64,000 nucleotides of DNA. It comes from Candidatus Bathyarchaeota archaeon. GTDB taxonomy: Archaea > Thermoproteota > Bathyarchaeia > Bathyarchaeales > Bathycorpusculaceae. The first letter of the stretch is position 1; each line of letters opens with the position of its first letter. The notes beneath the pieces are model-generated. The model saw only the letters and a program-made list of their open reading frames with translations. It was not told the DNA's origin and did not search any database. Shown in pieces: positions 9,660 through 20,091 of the stretch. A program made the translations under genes and the position numbers. The stretch is from assembly GCA_963702095.1 (NCBI GenBank), contig OY969706.1, forward strand, positions 2,464,001 to 2,528,000, written 5' to 3'.

Positions 9660-10298
9660 TTAGCTTTCTGTCATAACGGGGACGCCTTTTAAGCCTAAGG
9701 CTAAGAGGTACATTTCGCTGCTTTTAGAGCGGCTGGCGGGAGGCTTGACGATTTTGACTTCTTCAAAGTTTTCTTTTAGTGTTTTGATGTAATCGTTGAG
9801 GAGACCGCCTTCGAAGACCTTGACGAAAAAGTTGCCGCCTGGTTTTAGGATTTGTTTGGCGATTTCGAGTGCTTTGACGGCGAGGTCGATTTGGCAGGCG
9901 TGGTCGACTTCCCAAACGCCAGTGACGTTTGGGGCAGCGTCGCATAAGACCACGTCGGGGTTGCGGGGCAGAAAAGAGAGGATTTGCTCTGCAATGTCAG
10001 GTTCGTTTAAGTCAGCGATGATGGTGCGTATGTACTCCTGAGTGAAGGGCTCAATGGGTTTGAGGTCTACACCTAAAACAAAGCCATGGCGACCGGTCAT
10101 TTTCCGTGCGGCTTGAACCCAGCCGCCTGGAGCAGCGCCTAAATCCACCACAACATCGCGGAGTTTTATAAAGCCATATTTGCTGTTGGCTTGGATAAGT
10201 TTATACGTGGAACGACTGCGGTAGTTTTCGGCTTTAGCTTTTTTGTAGTAAAGCTCGTTTTGTCGTTCACGTATCCACGCTTTCGGCGTCAGGATCAT
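9660..10298 (-). CDS. rlmE: 23S rRNA (uridine-2'-O)-methyltransferase RlmE/FtsJ
   Basis: YRSRSTYKL, VDLGAAPGGW, DAAPNVTG, VKVFEG, KPPASRSKSSE. Confidence 0.95.
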   Translation of the reverse strand: MILTPKAWIRERQNELYYKKAKAENYRSRSTYKLIQANSKYGFIKLRDVVVDLGAAPGGWVQAARKMTGRHGFVLGVDLKPIEPFTQEYIRTIIADLNEPDIAEQILSFLPRNPDVVLCDAAPNVTGVWEVDHACQIDLAVKALEIAKQILKPGGNFFVKVFEGGLLNDYIKTLKENFEEVKIVKPPASRSKSSEMYLLALGLKGVPVMTES

Positions 10299-10704
10299 CC
10301 TCTGGCATGTCTGGTTTGGCTACGGCGCTTGGAGCCTCCGGTGCTACTGGAGCTTCTTTTCCAAGGTTAAGTATCCACTCTGTTAGTCGTGTACAGTTTT
10401 TGGGGGAGATAGCTGTTGTGGGGTCACATCGGGCGTTGTCTGGGCAAAGCAGGCAGGGACAGTCGATGATGGTTTCTATTGAAGCTGGCAACCGTTTGGG
10501 GTAGAGACGGTAGGTCCATCTGCCCTCTTGAAGTTCTTTTTCTCTTCTGATAAGCCCCTTCTCTTCCAACTTTATGGATACACGGGAGCCTTCGCGGCTG
10601 CTTGCGCCTAGTTCCCGCCATAAATCTGATTGAAGCACACCCTGGTAGCCTGTACCGACAACGTAGTGAAGTGCTTTCTGTTCGAGGTCGTTACGCTTTG
10701 GCAT
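10267..10704 (-). CDS. tfeB: Transcription factor E beta subunit (RPC34/C39-like; wHTH plus [4Fe-4S] domain)
   Basis: wHTH GVLQSDLWRELG..SREGSRV..KLEEKGLIRRE, then PCLLCPDNARC...ISPKNC..LTEW, which parallels the RPC34/C39 C-terminal Fe-S motif. Confidence 0.85.
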   Translation of the reverse strand: MPKRNDLEQKALHYVVGTGYQGVLQSDLWRELGASSREGSRVSIKLEEKGLIRREKELQEGRWTYRLYPKRLPASIETIIDCPCLLCPDNARCDPTTAISPKNCTRLTEWILNLGKEAPVAPEAPSAVAKPDMPEDDPDAESVDT

Positions 10705-10786
10705 ATTAGTATCAATCTCAATAATACGTTATTATAAGCTTTGGCTTCACATAAAAATATGTATCCCCAAAAACAGTTGGAACCCT

Positions 10787-11812
10787 ATGAATAAAAATGA
10801 GCAAATTAACGCAGGCAAATACTGCTTAGGCATCGAATCATCAGCCGACGACTTCGGCATAGGCATCGCCGCCTTCGACGGACAGATTTTAGCTAATAAA
10901 TCAGACAGCTACATCCCAACAGAAGGAGGCATCCACCCGCGGGAAGCGGCAAGACACCACGCAGAAGTCGCAGACACAGTTTTAGGCGAAGCCCTCAAAG
11001 CCTCAGGCGTCAAAACCAAAGAGTTAACCTGCATCGCCTTCTCACAGGGACCCGGACTCGGCCCTTCACTGCGCACAGGCGCCACCGTCGCCCGAGCCTT
11101 AGCCTCCTACCTCACAATCCCCCTCGTCGGCGTCAACCACTCCGTCGCCCACATAGAAATCGGCAAACTCCAAACAGGCGCCAAAGACCCCGTCACCCTC
11201 TACGTGTCCGGCGGCAACACCATGGTCACCGCCTACGAGTCAGGACGCTACCGTGTCTTCGGCGAAACACTCGACATAGCTTTGGGCAACTGCCTCGACG
11301 TCTTCGCTAGGGGAGCAGGGCTAAAAAACAGAAAAGGGCTGCCGCTGGGCGCTGCCATCGAACAGTTGGCGTTGAAGGGCAATAAACTGGTTTCACTGCC
11401 GTATGTGGTGAAGGGAATGGACCTCTCCCTTAGCGGCTTGTTAACTGCGGCTTCAACGGCGCTTCAGAGGGGCGAGCGGATAGAAGACGTCTGCTACAGC
11501 CTGCAGGAGCATGCGTTCTCCATGGTTACGGAAGTCACGGAACGTGCGTTGGCGCATACCGAGAAAAAAGAGGTTTTGCTAACAGGCGGCGTCGCCGCGA
11601 ACAAACGGCTGCAATCCATGTTGGCGGTGATTGCACAGGAGCATGACGCTGAATTCAGCGTGGTTCCGCTCCAGTATGCCACAGACAACGGCGCCATGAT
11701 TGCTTGGACTGGCACGTTGGCGTATCGGTTTGGGTTGGTGACGCCGATTGATGAGAGTATGGTTAGGCTGCGTTGGCGGGTAGACAAGGTGGATGTGCCA
11801 TGGATACAATAG
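10787..11812 (+). CDS. kae1: KEOPS t6A synthase Kae1
   Basis: LGIESSAD, GGIHPREAARHH, SQGPGLGP, VNHSVAHIE, YVSGGNT, GGVAAN, TDNGAMIA. Confidence 0.96.
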   Translation: MNKNEQINAGKYCLGIESSADDFGIGIAAFDGQILANKSDSYIPTEGGIHPREAARHHAEVADTVLGEALKASGVKTKELTCIAFSQGPGLGPSLRTGATVARALASYLTIPLVGVNHSVAHIEIGKLQTGAKDPVTLYVSGGNTMVTAYESGRYRVFGETLDIALGNCLDVFARGAGLKNRKGLPLGAAIEQLALKGNKLVSLPYVVKGMDLSLSGLLTAASTALQRGERIEDVCYSLQEHAFSMVTEVTERALAHTEKKEVLLTGGVAANKRLQSMLAVIAQEHDAEFSVVPLQYATDNGAMIAWTGTLAYRFGLVTPIDESMVRLRWRVDKVDVPWIQ

Positions 11813-12468
11813 ATAAGGTGCCGCAGATGCGGCTGATAAAGAAGGGCGCGGAAGCCAGCCTCTTCCTCACCACTTGGCATGGCCGCAGAGCAGTCGTTAA
11901 AGTCCGCATCCCCAAACGGTACCGCCCCGAAACGTTGGATAAACAGATTCGCAATTACCGTACCGTACATGAATCACAGTTGATGCATGAAGCCAAATCC
12001 GCTGGGGTCCCGACGCCGCTGATTTACATGGTAAACGTCCCCGAATCAACCATCATAATGGAGCACATCGAGGGGCAACAGATCAAGCAGCTCCTCAACA
12101 AAACTGACAAAACCAGCCGCCATAAAATATGCATCCAAATCGGCGAATCCGTCGCCCACCTGCACCAACACGGCTTAATACACGGCGACTTAACAACCTC
12201 CAACATGATACGCGCAGAAGACGGCAGAATCTTTTTTGTCGACTTTGGGCTGGGCGAAAAAAACGTGGAGCTCGAAGCTCAGGGAGTTGATTTGCATTTG
12301 CTTAAGCGGGCGTTGCAGAGCACGCATTTTGGCTTCTGGGAGGAATGCTTCCAATCGGTTCTCTGCGGCTACACCTCCGTCTGCGGTGTCGGGGCGGCGG
12401 AAAAGGTTTATGAGAAAATCCGTGAGATAGAGAGGCGTGGGCGCTATGTCGAAGAACGCAAGCAATAA
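11800..12468 (+). CDS. bud32: KEOPS kinase/ATPase Bud32
   Basis: KKGAEA, KVRIPKRYR, HGDLTTSN, VDFGLG, VDL..L, C-terminal RRGRY; overlaps the kae1 end. Confidence 0.94.
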   Translation: MDTIDKVPQMRLIKKGAEASLFLTTWHGRRAVVKVRIPKRYRPETLDKQIRNYRTVHESQLMHEAKSAGVPTPLIYMVNVPESTIIMEHIEGQQIKQLLNKTDKTSRHKICIQIGESVAHLHQHGLIHGDLTTSNMIRAEDGRIFFVDFGLGEKNVELEAQGVDLHLLKRALQSTHFGFWEECFQSVLCGYTSVCGVGAAEKVYEKIREIERRGRYVEERKQ

Positions 12469-13060
12469 TTTCCCATTGAAGGGCAAAGTCGTGTTTTTCG
12501 CGACGGGCAACACTAGCAAGTTCAATGAGGCACGGAGCATCTTGGGCAGCCACGGAATCGCCGTCGGCATGCTGCGCCTCAAAGGCGACGAAGTGCAAAG
12601 CGAAAGCCTCCAAGAAATCGCAGAGAAAAGCGTACAGAACGCCTACCGCAAATCCCATCTGCCCATTTTCGTAGAAGACGCAGGCCTATTCATCGGGGCG
12701 CTGAGCGGTTTCCCCGGGCCATACGCGGCCTATGTGTATAAAACCATTCATAACGGAGGCATCCTCAAGTTGATGGAAGGCATTGAGGACCGCAGGGCAA
12801 CTTTTCAATCAGTCATCTCCTACTGCGACGACCAAAACACAGTCGACCCGCTGAGTTTCTACGGCGAATCCAAAGGAGAAATCACCACCGAGGAGCGCCG
12901 TGAACAGGGCAAATCAGGCTTCGGCTTCGACCCCATCTTCCAACCCGACGGCAGCAGCAAAACCTTCGCTGAAATGACTATTGCTGAGAAGAATGGGTAT
13001 TCGCATCGGGCGATGGCGATTCGCAAGTTTGCTGAATGGTACAGCAGCAAGCGGTCGTAA
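12446..13060 (+). CDS. rdgB: Non-canonical purine NTP pyrophosphatase (RdgB/HAM1)
   Basis: ATGNTSKFNE, VEDAGL, GFPGPY, GFGFDPIF, EKNGYSHR. Confidence 0.95.
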   Translation: MSKNASNNFPLKGKVVFFATGNTSKFNEARSILGSHGIAVGMLRLKGDEVQSESLQEIAEKSVQNAYRKSHLPIFVEDAGLFIGALSGFPGPYAAYVYKTIHNGGILKLMEGIEDRRATFQSVISYCDDQNTVDPLSFYGESKGEITTEERREQGKSGFGFDPIFQPDGSSKTFAEMTIAEKNGYSHRAMAIRKFAEWYSSKRS

Positions 13061-13087
13061 GTAAACATTATATGGGTAACAGCATCC

Positions 13088-13690
13088 ATGAGAGAGGAAG
13101 GGACCCTCTTGATCGCAAATAAAGCTGGAAGCATAAGTGTTACCAGTGCAATCGTAGCCATACTGGTCGTAGCGTTGGTTGGCGTTGGAAGTTTAATCTA
13201 CACGGTTTATTTGCCGCAGATTGACGAGCTCAACAGCCGAGTCGCTGACCAAAACCAACAGATAACCGGCCAAGAGCATCAAATAGCGGACTTAAACGCC
13301 ACCATCAACGACCTCAACAACCAAATAACCAATCTACAGGGCAACCTAAGCAAATACACCGCTCAACTAAACACTGCATTGGGCATCAAAGAATTAGTCG
13401 ACAACACTACATACGCCCACTACCTCTACATCCGAGGATCCGTAACTAACAACGGCGTAACCGAAGCCTACAACGCAGGCTTACACGTCGTCGGCTACGG
13501 AGCAAACCATGAAGTCCTAATCGACATGATCAGCTCAGTAGAAGGCGGAACATTCCAAAGCGGCTTCACTTCCGCACAGACCCTCTCCCAACTGTACCCC
13601 ACACAATCCGCAAGTACAATGTTAGCGATTTACCATCAGGGCACGGTGGTCGACTGGGATATAACGCCTGTATGGACCAATTCACTCTAG
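13088..13690 (+). CDS. Membrane-anchored coiled-coil protein with C-terminal Ig-like domain
   Basis: N-terminal TM, heptad N/Q-rich coil (LNSRVADQNQQI...LNNQITNL), beta-rich C-terminus (YIRGSVTNNG). Confidence 0.65.
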   Translation: MREEGTLLIANKAGSISVTSAIVAILVVALVGVGSLIYTVYLPQIDELNSRVADQNQQITGQEHQIADLNATINDLNNQITNLQGNLSKYTAQLNTALGIKELVDNTTYAHYLYIRGSVTNNGVTEAYNAGLHVVGYGANHEVLIDMISSVEGGTFQSGFTSAQTLSQLYPTQSASTMLAIYHQGTVVDWDITPVWTNSL

Positions 13691-13740
13691 CCTTTTTGGT
13701 GTTTTTTGGAGACAAAGTGTTAAATAGCTATGCCATAGAT

Positions 13741-14268
13741 ATGGAAACTTTGAAGGGCATGACTGAACACCACTATAAAGCCAATCCATGGCTTGAAGGC
13801 ATAATCACCGCAGTCGCCGTCGGCGGCTTCCTCATCATATTAGGCGGCGTGTTCGGGTTGACTCCGGGTATACCCCAGAAAACAGTGGATTTCTTTGGCG
13901 ACTTCACAGGGCAATCCTACCCCTTAGGCGGCGGAGCCATCATTCTGCCCGCGCCTGCTCACCCCGCAGCACACATGGATTTCTACACTGCGGTCTTCAA
14001 CTTTATGATAGGCATCGGTGTACTGCAGGTTGTCATCTTGGGGCTTCGCCTCTACGCCCACTCCAGGATTCACCGCATCGCCGAAACCGTGGGCAACATG
14101 ATCTTTTGGTTCTTTGGCGCAGCAGCCGCATACGTGTTTCTGCTATCGGGGACGCTTGCAGGCTGGTTCCAGTTCTGGGCGGCAATAATCATAATCGTCG
14201 GCATATCCCTAGTTGTACGGGGCATCATCCACTTTGCAACTTGGAGAAGACATGGGAACTGGCGGTAG
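13741..14268 (+). CDS. Hypothetical multi-TM membrane protein
   Basis: About four hydrophobic segments; ATG at 13741 (or 13759) after a TTAAAT box. Confidence 0.65.
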   Translation: METLKGMTEHHYKANPWLEGIITAVAVGGFLIILGGVFGLTPGIPQKTVDFFGDFTGQSYPLGGGAIILPAPAHPAAHMDFYTAVFNFMIGIGVLQVVILGLRLYAHSRIHRIAETVGNMIFWFFGAAAAYVFLLSGTLAGWFQFWAAIIIIVGISLVVRGIIHFATWRRHGNWR

Positions 14269-14358
14269 AAACGCCAAAAGCCCCTGTTTTTCTGTTTTTG
14301 TGTGGCTGCGACTAGTTACTTTTAAATATCTGTGCGGTGTGGTTTAGGTGCACAATAG

Positions 14359-14809
14359 GTGTCACGGATGCCAAAGCAAGAAAAAGGAAAATCACATTCA
14401 ACTCGCCCAGTCAGCAGGCGCCCACCAAGCTGGTGCAAGTACCAGCCTGAAGAAGTAGAAGCCTTCATTATAAAACTCGGCAAAGAAGGCCACAACATGA
14501 GCAGCATAGGCACGATTTTACGCGACCAATACGCTATCCCACTTGTTAAGCCAATCACTGGCAAAAGCATAAGCGACACCCTCAAATCCGCAAACCTCGC
14601 CCCAGCCATGCCTGAAGACCTCGCTAACCTCATGAAAAAAGCCCAAGCGCCTCGCCGTCCACATGGATAAAAACAAGAAAGACCTCCACAACAAACGCAA
14701 CATGCAAATCATCGAAGCCCAAATCCACAAGCTCAGCCGCTACTACAAACGCGAAGGCGTAATCGACAAGAAGTTCAAGTACGAAGCAAAAATCGCCTCA
14801 GTAACCTAA
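14359..14809 (+). CDS. rps15: 30S ribosomal protein uS15 (1-nt frameshift at ~14647)
   Basis: KGKSHSTRP, IGTILRDQYAIP, PEDLANLMKKA; removing one base continues RLAVHMDKNKKDLHNKRNMQIIEAQIHKLSRYYK to TAA at 14807-14809. Confidence 0.95.
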
Positions 14810-14900
14810 ACGGTTTCTTTCCACAAACAATTTTATTCTTTATTGTTAATGCGCCAGCTTTAAATCCAATCAGCCACACTCTTTGCAGAAGTGACCGGGC

Positions 14901-16364
14901 ATGGCGCAACCTGAAAATATCCAGAAATTCCTTGCACAAGCAAACGAAGCAGCGAAAGTCATCAAAGAAACCGCAGAGAAAGATGGTTTCATTAGCTGTT
15001 TCTCGCACCTCGACGCTGACGGAGTCGCCGCGGCAGGCGTCATAGGCAAAATGCTCAGTCGCCTTGGTGCACGGTTCCGCATTCGCGTTATGCAGTGGGT
15101 AGATGAGAAAATCATCGCGGAAGTCACCGCCGACAAGCCGCAGTTGGTTATCATGACGGATTTTGGCAGCGGCTACCTCGACTTGTTAAACCAGAAAATT
15201 CCTAATTACAAAATCGTTATCCTTGACCATCACCAGATCACCGGTAACGCAGCCAACTCCAATTATACCATGCTAAACCCCCATGTCTACGGCATCGACG
15301 GCGCAACGGATGTCAGCGGCTCAGGCGTAGCGTATTTTGCCGCTAAAGCCGTGAACCCCGCCAACGTCGACTTAGCTCCAATCGCTTTGGTCGGCGCTTT
15401 GGGTGACATGCAGGACAAGTATGAGCAGCGTAGCCTGCGTGGCTTAAATGAGCTCATCGTTAACGATGCAGTAGCTGCGGGATTGCTCAAAGTAGAAAAA
15501 GACCTCACTTTCTTCGGCAGAGAAACCCGCGCCATCCACAAGATGCTCGCGTCAACCACCAACCCATTCATCCCCGGTTTGAGTGGACAGGAAACCGAAT
15601 CCCTAAACTTCGTAACAAACCTCGGTTTCCCCCTTAAACAGGGAGACAAACTGCGCTCCCTCTGCGACTTAAACGCTGACGAACGCAAAACTCTGTGCTC
15701 GGCTTTGGCGGATTACCTGCTCTCGAAAGGCTTGCATATGGAAGTGGACAGCTTAATCGGCTACATCTATGTGCTGACCAAAGAGGAGCCAAACACGGCG
15801 TTGCGGGACGGCAGAGAGTTTTCGGTTTTGCTCAATTCGACGGGTCGCATGGACCGCCCCAGCTTGGGCATTGCCATCTGTATGGGCGACCGCAAAGCCG
15901 CCTTAGAAGACTCCAACAAGATTCTAGAAGATTACCGCAAAAACATCAACAAATACCTCACCTGGGTTAGCGAGAAACCAGAGCGCCTTCGCGAACTCCA
16001 AAACACCTACGTCATCAACGGCGAAAACTACATCAACGAAAAAATCATAGGCACCGTCTCAAGCATCCTCGTCTCCACCTTAGCCAACAGCCTAAAACCG
16101 CTGCTTGCCTTCGCCAACATCGAAGCTGAAAAAGCCGCGAAATTCTCAGGCAGAACCACCGAAGCCGCGCTGATGAAGGGCGTGAATCTCGGCGATGTGA
16201 TGAGGGTGGCTTCGGAAGCCAATGGCGGCAAAGGCGGGGGACACAACATTGCAGCTGGTGCGCAGGTGCCGTTGGACAAGATTGAAGCGTTTTTGAAGAT
16301 GGCGGATGAGTTGGTGGGTCGGCAACTTAAGGGTGAGAAGCTTGGAAGCAACAATAAAGCTTGA
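14901..16364 (+). CDS. recJ: DHH/DHHA1 RecJ-like nuclease
   Basis: SHLDADG, TDFGSG, LDHH, GALGDMQD, GGGHNIAAGA; conserved archaeal rps15-recJ-pcc1 synteny. Confidence 0.9.
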   Translation: MAQPENIQKFLAQANEAAKVIKETAEKDGFISCFSHLDADGVAAAGVIGKMLSRLGARFRIRVMQWVDEKIIAEVTADKPQLVIMTDFGSGYLDLLNQKIPNYKIVILDHHQITGNAANSNYTMLNPHVYGIDGATDVSGSGVAYFAAKAVNPANVDLAPIALVGALGDMQDKYEQRSLRGLNELIVNDAVAAGLLKVEKDLTFFGRETRAIHKMLASTTNPFIPGLSGQETESLNFVTNLGFPLKQGDKLRSLCDLNADERKTLCSALADYLLSKGLHMEVDSLIGYIYVLTKEEPNTALRDGREFSVLLNSTGRMDRPSLGIAICMGDRKAALEDSNKILEDYRKNINKYLTWVSEKPERLRELQNTYVINGENYINEKIIGTVSSILVSTLANSLKPLLAFANIEAEKAAKFSGRTTEAALMKGVNLGDVMRVASEANGGKGGGHNIAAGAQVPLDKIEAFLKMADELVGRQLKGEKLGSNNKA

Positions 16365-16593
16365 ATACAAAGATGAGAAAACAGCGCATGCCATCGCCAA
16401 AGCGGTGTCGCCAGACAACCTCAAAACTCCCGCTGGCTTAACGGTGGAGACCATAAGAGAAGGTTGCAGGGTAATCACACAGATTAAATGCGACGGTAAA
16501 CTTGCCACTTTCACCGCAACCATCGACGACCTATTATTTAGCGCGTCAACCGCGGAAAAAACTTTGGGCGCAATAAAAAATAGCAGTCTCTAA
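16333..16593 (+). CDS. pcc1: KEOPS subunit Pcc1
   Basis: A.AIAKAVSPDN...LATFTATIDDLL; position after recJ matches the known gene order. Confidence 0.8.
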   Translation: MRSLEATIKLEYKDEKTAHAIAKAVSPDNLKTPAGLTVETIREGCRVITQIKCDGKLATFTATIDDLLFSASTAEKTLGAIKNSSL

Positions 16594-16612
16594 AAGGGTA
16601 TCAAACAGAGGT

Positions 16613-16720
16613 TTAGAGCTTCTTTTTTAGTTTGCCCCATTCCTCTTGGGTTTTTCCTTCGGCTTCTTTGGCTTTGCCCTCAACCTGTTTTGATTTTCCC
16701 TTAAGTTCGTCTTTACTCAA
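16613..16720 (-). CDS. CsbD-like general stress microprotein (35 aa; not in ORF track)
   Basis: TTG start with GGAGGTG upstream; MSKDELKGKSKQVEGKAKEAEGKTQEEWGKLKKKL has the CsbD pattern (DxxKGKxKQxxGKxKE...EGKxQExxGK). Confidence 0.8.
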   Translation of the reverse strand: MSKDELKGKSKQVEGKAKEAEGKTQEEWGKLKKKL

Positions 16721-16775
16721 AAAAATACACCTCCAGAACTTTGATCCATCAAACAGTGAGAAGTAATTCAAAGGT

Positions 16776-16808
16776 TATTATTGATGCGTGACTGCAAACC
16801 GTAGCTAC
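16776..16808 (-). promoter_or_regulatory. Putative palindromic operator plus TATA-like box of the csbD-like gene
   Basis: Minus strand reads GTAGCT-N9-AGTCAC-N6-ATAATA. Confidence 0.55.
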
Positions 16809-16849
16809 AACTTATTTTTCAAGAAAAACGATGCCCCGTAAGGGGATAC

Positions 16850-18170
16850 TCAGAGTCGGCGATGTTTTCGTCTAACCATCAAGACAACCGTGAATATTGC
16901 CACCACGACGATGACTACAACGACGATGAGCAGAATGCTTTCTGTTGGCAACGCTATGGTTGATGCCGCGGAGGGGGTGCCGAACGCATAAACAACATGA
17001 TCCCACGAAGCCACATACACATTGCCATCTGCTATGGCAGGGGAAGAATTCGCATGGGCCAAAGCGGTATAACTCCATTTTTCAGCGCCGGAGGCTGCGT
17101 CGAGACAGTAAATGTTGTGGCGCCAATCGCCAATGTATAGTCAGGCCATCGGCTACTGCAGGAGAGCAATAGCTTGCGCCGCCCTGCATCGTGTAATTCC
17201 AGACTTTTTCACCTGTGCCAGCGTTTAGGCAATAGATGTTTGAGGGAATATCGTTTTGGTTTGCGTCTACGACGGTGCATCCGAAATAGACGTATCCGTT
17301 GGCTACGGCAGGTGAAGAATCAACCCAACCAGACGCTGAATAATTCCAGATTTGATTGCCGTTGGCTGCATCAAGACAGTACAGGTACATGTCCTCAGAT
17401 CCAATGTAGACTCGCCCGTCAACCACCGCTGGGGAAGACTGCACAAGGTTACCTGTACTGTAAACCCAGATTTCACTGCCGGAAGCGGCGTCTAAACAGT
17501 AAACTTTGCCGTCCACAGAACCCGCATATACTTTGCCATCCGCAACAGCGGGCGAGGATTCGACTTGGCTTCCAGTGGTGTAATTCCAGATTTTGTCGCC
17601 TGTCCTTGCGTTTAAGCAGTAGACGTTTCCATCCCAGGAACCTACATAGAGGTTGCCGTCAACAATTGCGGGGGACGACTCAACCGTGCCGTCCGTCGGA
17701 TAAGTCCAAACTTTAGCGCCACTGGATGCGTTTAGGCAGTAAACGTTCTGGTCATAGCATCCAAAGTACACGTAGCCCTCCCAAACCGCCATGGAGGAGC
17801 TTATCGCTGAAGCCTCTCCCCCATGAGCATCTACACTGTTAGTGTGAACCGTGTAATTCCATATTTGGGAACCATCCTCAGCATTTAAGCAGTAAGCAAC
17901 GCCACCGTCAGAGCCAATATAGAGGCGCCCATCCGCAACTGCTGGGGAAGCGGAAACTACACTGTTGGTTGTAAAGTTCCATAGCAAAGCTGCAGAAGTA
18001 GCCGTGGAGGTATCGGTTGTGTAGCCTGTGCGGTTTAAATCGTTGTGGAACATTGGCCAGTTGCTGCCGGAGCTTGCGGTGACAGTTGCGTTTAGTGCGA
18101 ACGTAGAGAATAGGATTATTGCGGCGAAAAGGGTTATTGATGCGGTTTTGGCTAAGCTATTTTTCTTCAT
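16850..18170 (-). CDS. Secreted PQQ/BamB-like beta-propeller repeat protein with C-terminal TM anchor (1-nt frameshift at ~17143)
   Basis: Signal peptide, WPMF..D..RTG, repeated SSPAVADGxxYxGSxDGxVYCLxAxxGxxIW units; removing one base joins ORF 17082-18170 to 16850-17062. Confidence 0.88.
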
Positions 18171-18235
18171 AGAGGTCAGCTTATGCCAATAAAGTAAAAC
18201 AGGGTAACATTAAGGCTTTATGATTATTGTGGTGT

Positions 18236-20002
18236 CTAAGAAAGAAACCGCCTCGGATCAGTATCAATATCTACTATAACAGGTTTTTTAGCTTGCAATG
18301 CCCCATCCACGGCTGATTCGAGATCCGCTGGCTCAGTAACTTTAATGCCCACTCCCCCTGAATGCTCCGCAAAATCGGCGAAACTGTAATCATGCAGCTC
18401 GGTTTGCCAGCGCTCGTAGCCCTCAACTTTCTGCTCCTGCAAAATCATGCCCAAATGCTTGTTGTTTACAACGAAGATTTTGATGGGCAACTCGTATTTG
18501 AGTGCAGTTAAGAAGTCGCCTAAAACCATTGTTAAGCCACCGTCGCCTGTTATGCAGATAATCTGGCGCTCTGGATAAGCCAAAGCCGCCGCCAACGCGC
18601 CGGGTAAACCGAACCCCATCGTTGCCAAGTTGCCGCTCATAACCAGTTTCTGCGTCCGCTTCATGTTGAAGTTTCGTCCAAACCACCAGCAGTTCTCGCC
18701 CACATCGAGCGAAATCACTGCGTCTGACGCGACCTTCCGGTTTAGCACTTTCATGATGTATGGGGCTCGGATGGGCTTTGCAGATGCGTCTGCTTCTCGT
18801 TCCAGCTGGTCCAACCATGCTTTTTTGAGGCGCTCTACTTCAGCAACGTAGTCAGCGTTGTTTTTCTGTGCCACTTTCTCGGTTAATTTAGGGATCAGAA
18901 CGGCGCTGTTACCCAACAACGACACTTCAGCAGGGAAACGCCGTGCAATCATCAATGGATTTATGTCGATTTGAACCATGCGTTTGTGGGGAATCTGCGA
19001 TAAATCCGAAAAAGACACGCCTATGGCTATGAGCAAATCGGTTCTCTCCATCAGTATGCCTGCAGCGGTGGAGCCGATGCCGCCGTGGCAGCCCACGTAG
19101 AGCGGTTCGTCCGCGTCGACGAAGCCTTTAGCTGGGAAAGTCGAGATAATCGGTGCCCCAAGCTTTGAAGCCAGCGCCGTCACTTTGGTGCCTTGACCTC
19201 GGCAGCCAAACCCAATCAAAACCACCGGTCGAACCGAGCCATCAACGGCTTTTGCGGCTTTCTCAACCACCCAATCTTCCTGCCCATACGCCAAATTAGG
19301 CATCCTGCCCTCAAAAGGCGAAACCGGCGCGTCATAGGGCAACTTTGCAACATCGTTTGGGATACCGATGTGGGCAACGCCTTGGTTGAGCAGGGCATGT
19401 TTAATCGCCAAAGTAGCCAATGTGGTGGTTTGGTCTTCTGTCATTAGGGTTTTGTTGTAGACGCTTATGGGCGCAAAGAAGGCTTGGTGGTCGATTTCCT
19501 GCAGGGAACCTCTGCCGATTAGTTTGCGTGGAACCATACCGGTCAAAGCCAACACGGGAGAATGGTCCAGTTGTGCGTCGTACAAGCCGGTGGCGAGGTT
19601 TGTTGTGCCTGGACCCGAAATGGAGAGGCAGGCGGCTATGTGCCCTGTGAGTTTGCCGTATGCTGAAGCCATAAAAGCGGCGGTTTCTTCATGGCGAACT
19701 TGGATGTATTGGATTTTGCCCGATTTGCGTATGGCTTCTATGATGCTTAGGGTGGAGGTGCCGGGGATGCTGAAAACGTATTTGACGCCCCAAGCTGCAA
19801 GTTGGTTGATGAGTACATCTGAGACGGTGCTTGCCGACTTTGGCTCTTGCTTCTTTCCCTCTTCCGTGGCTAAGAGGACAAATGCGGATTTAGGCGCACC
19901 ACAAATTGGGCAAACCCACTCTTTAGGCAAATCCACAAAACGGACTTTCTCTTTTGCGTCGTCATAAACCCAGTTGCAGACGGTACACCGGTACTTCGCC
20001 AT
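18236..20002 (-). CDS. Rubredoxin-fused thiamine-diphosphate enzyme (pyruvate oxidase/PoxB-like)
   Basis: N-terminal [11 protein letters not shown]...[13 protein letters not shown] rubredoxin; [21 protein letters not shown]...NN ThDP motif. Confidence 0.88.
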   Translation of the reverse strand: MAKYRCTVCNWVYDDAKEKVRFVDLPKEWVCPICGAPKSAFVLLATEEGKKQEPKSASTVSDVLINQLAAWGVKYVFSIPGTSTLSIIEAIRKSGKIQYIQVRHEETAAFMASAYGKLTGHIAACLSISGPGTTNLATGLYDAQLDHSPVLALTGMVPRKLIGRGSLQEIDHQAFFAPISVYNKTLMTEDQTTTLATLAIKHALLNQGVAHIGIPNDVAKLPYDAPVSPFEGRMPNLAYGQEDWVVEKAAKAVDGSVRPVVLIGFGCRGQGTKVTALASKLGAPIISTFPAKGFVDADEPLYVGCHGGIGSTAAGILMERTDLLIAIGVSFSDLSQIPHKRMVQIDINPLMIARRFPAEVSLLGNSAVLIPKLTEKVAQKNNADYVAEVERLKKAWLDQLEREADASAKPIRAPYIMKVLNRKVASDAVISLDVGENCWWFGRNFNMKRTQKLVMSGNLATMGFGLPGALAAALAYPERQIICITGDGGLTMVLGDFLTALKYELPIKIFVVNNKHLGMILQEQKVEGYERWQTELHDYSFADFAEHSGGVGIKVTEPADLESAVDGALQAKKPVIVDIDTDPRRFLS

Positions 20003-20091
20003 AAATAAGCCTCAAAACAAGAAAACTAAGAAGCTTCGCACTTATCAGCTTATTGGAAACAGAAAACTATCGCTGTATTTCTTTCAGATAG

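Noticed and set aside
14312-14338. GTGGCT-N6-AGTTAC upstream of rps15, plus lone AGCCAC at ~4876 and ~52539, and GTGGAT-N11-AGTCAT at 57688-57710
   Set aside because: The spacer or the distance to TATA does not match the four-site consensus, so I did not count them as regulon members. They do show that the half-site occurs elsewhere.
17000-17960. Periodic ~120-nt repeats
   Set aside because: These are coding beta-propeller blades, not a CRISPR array.
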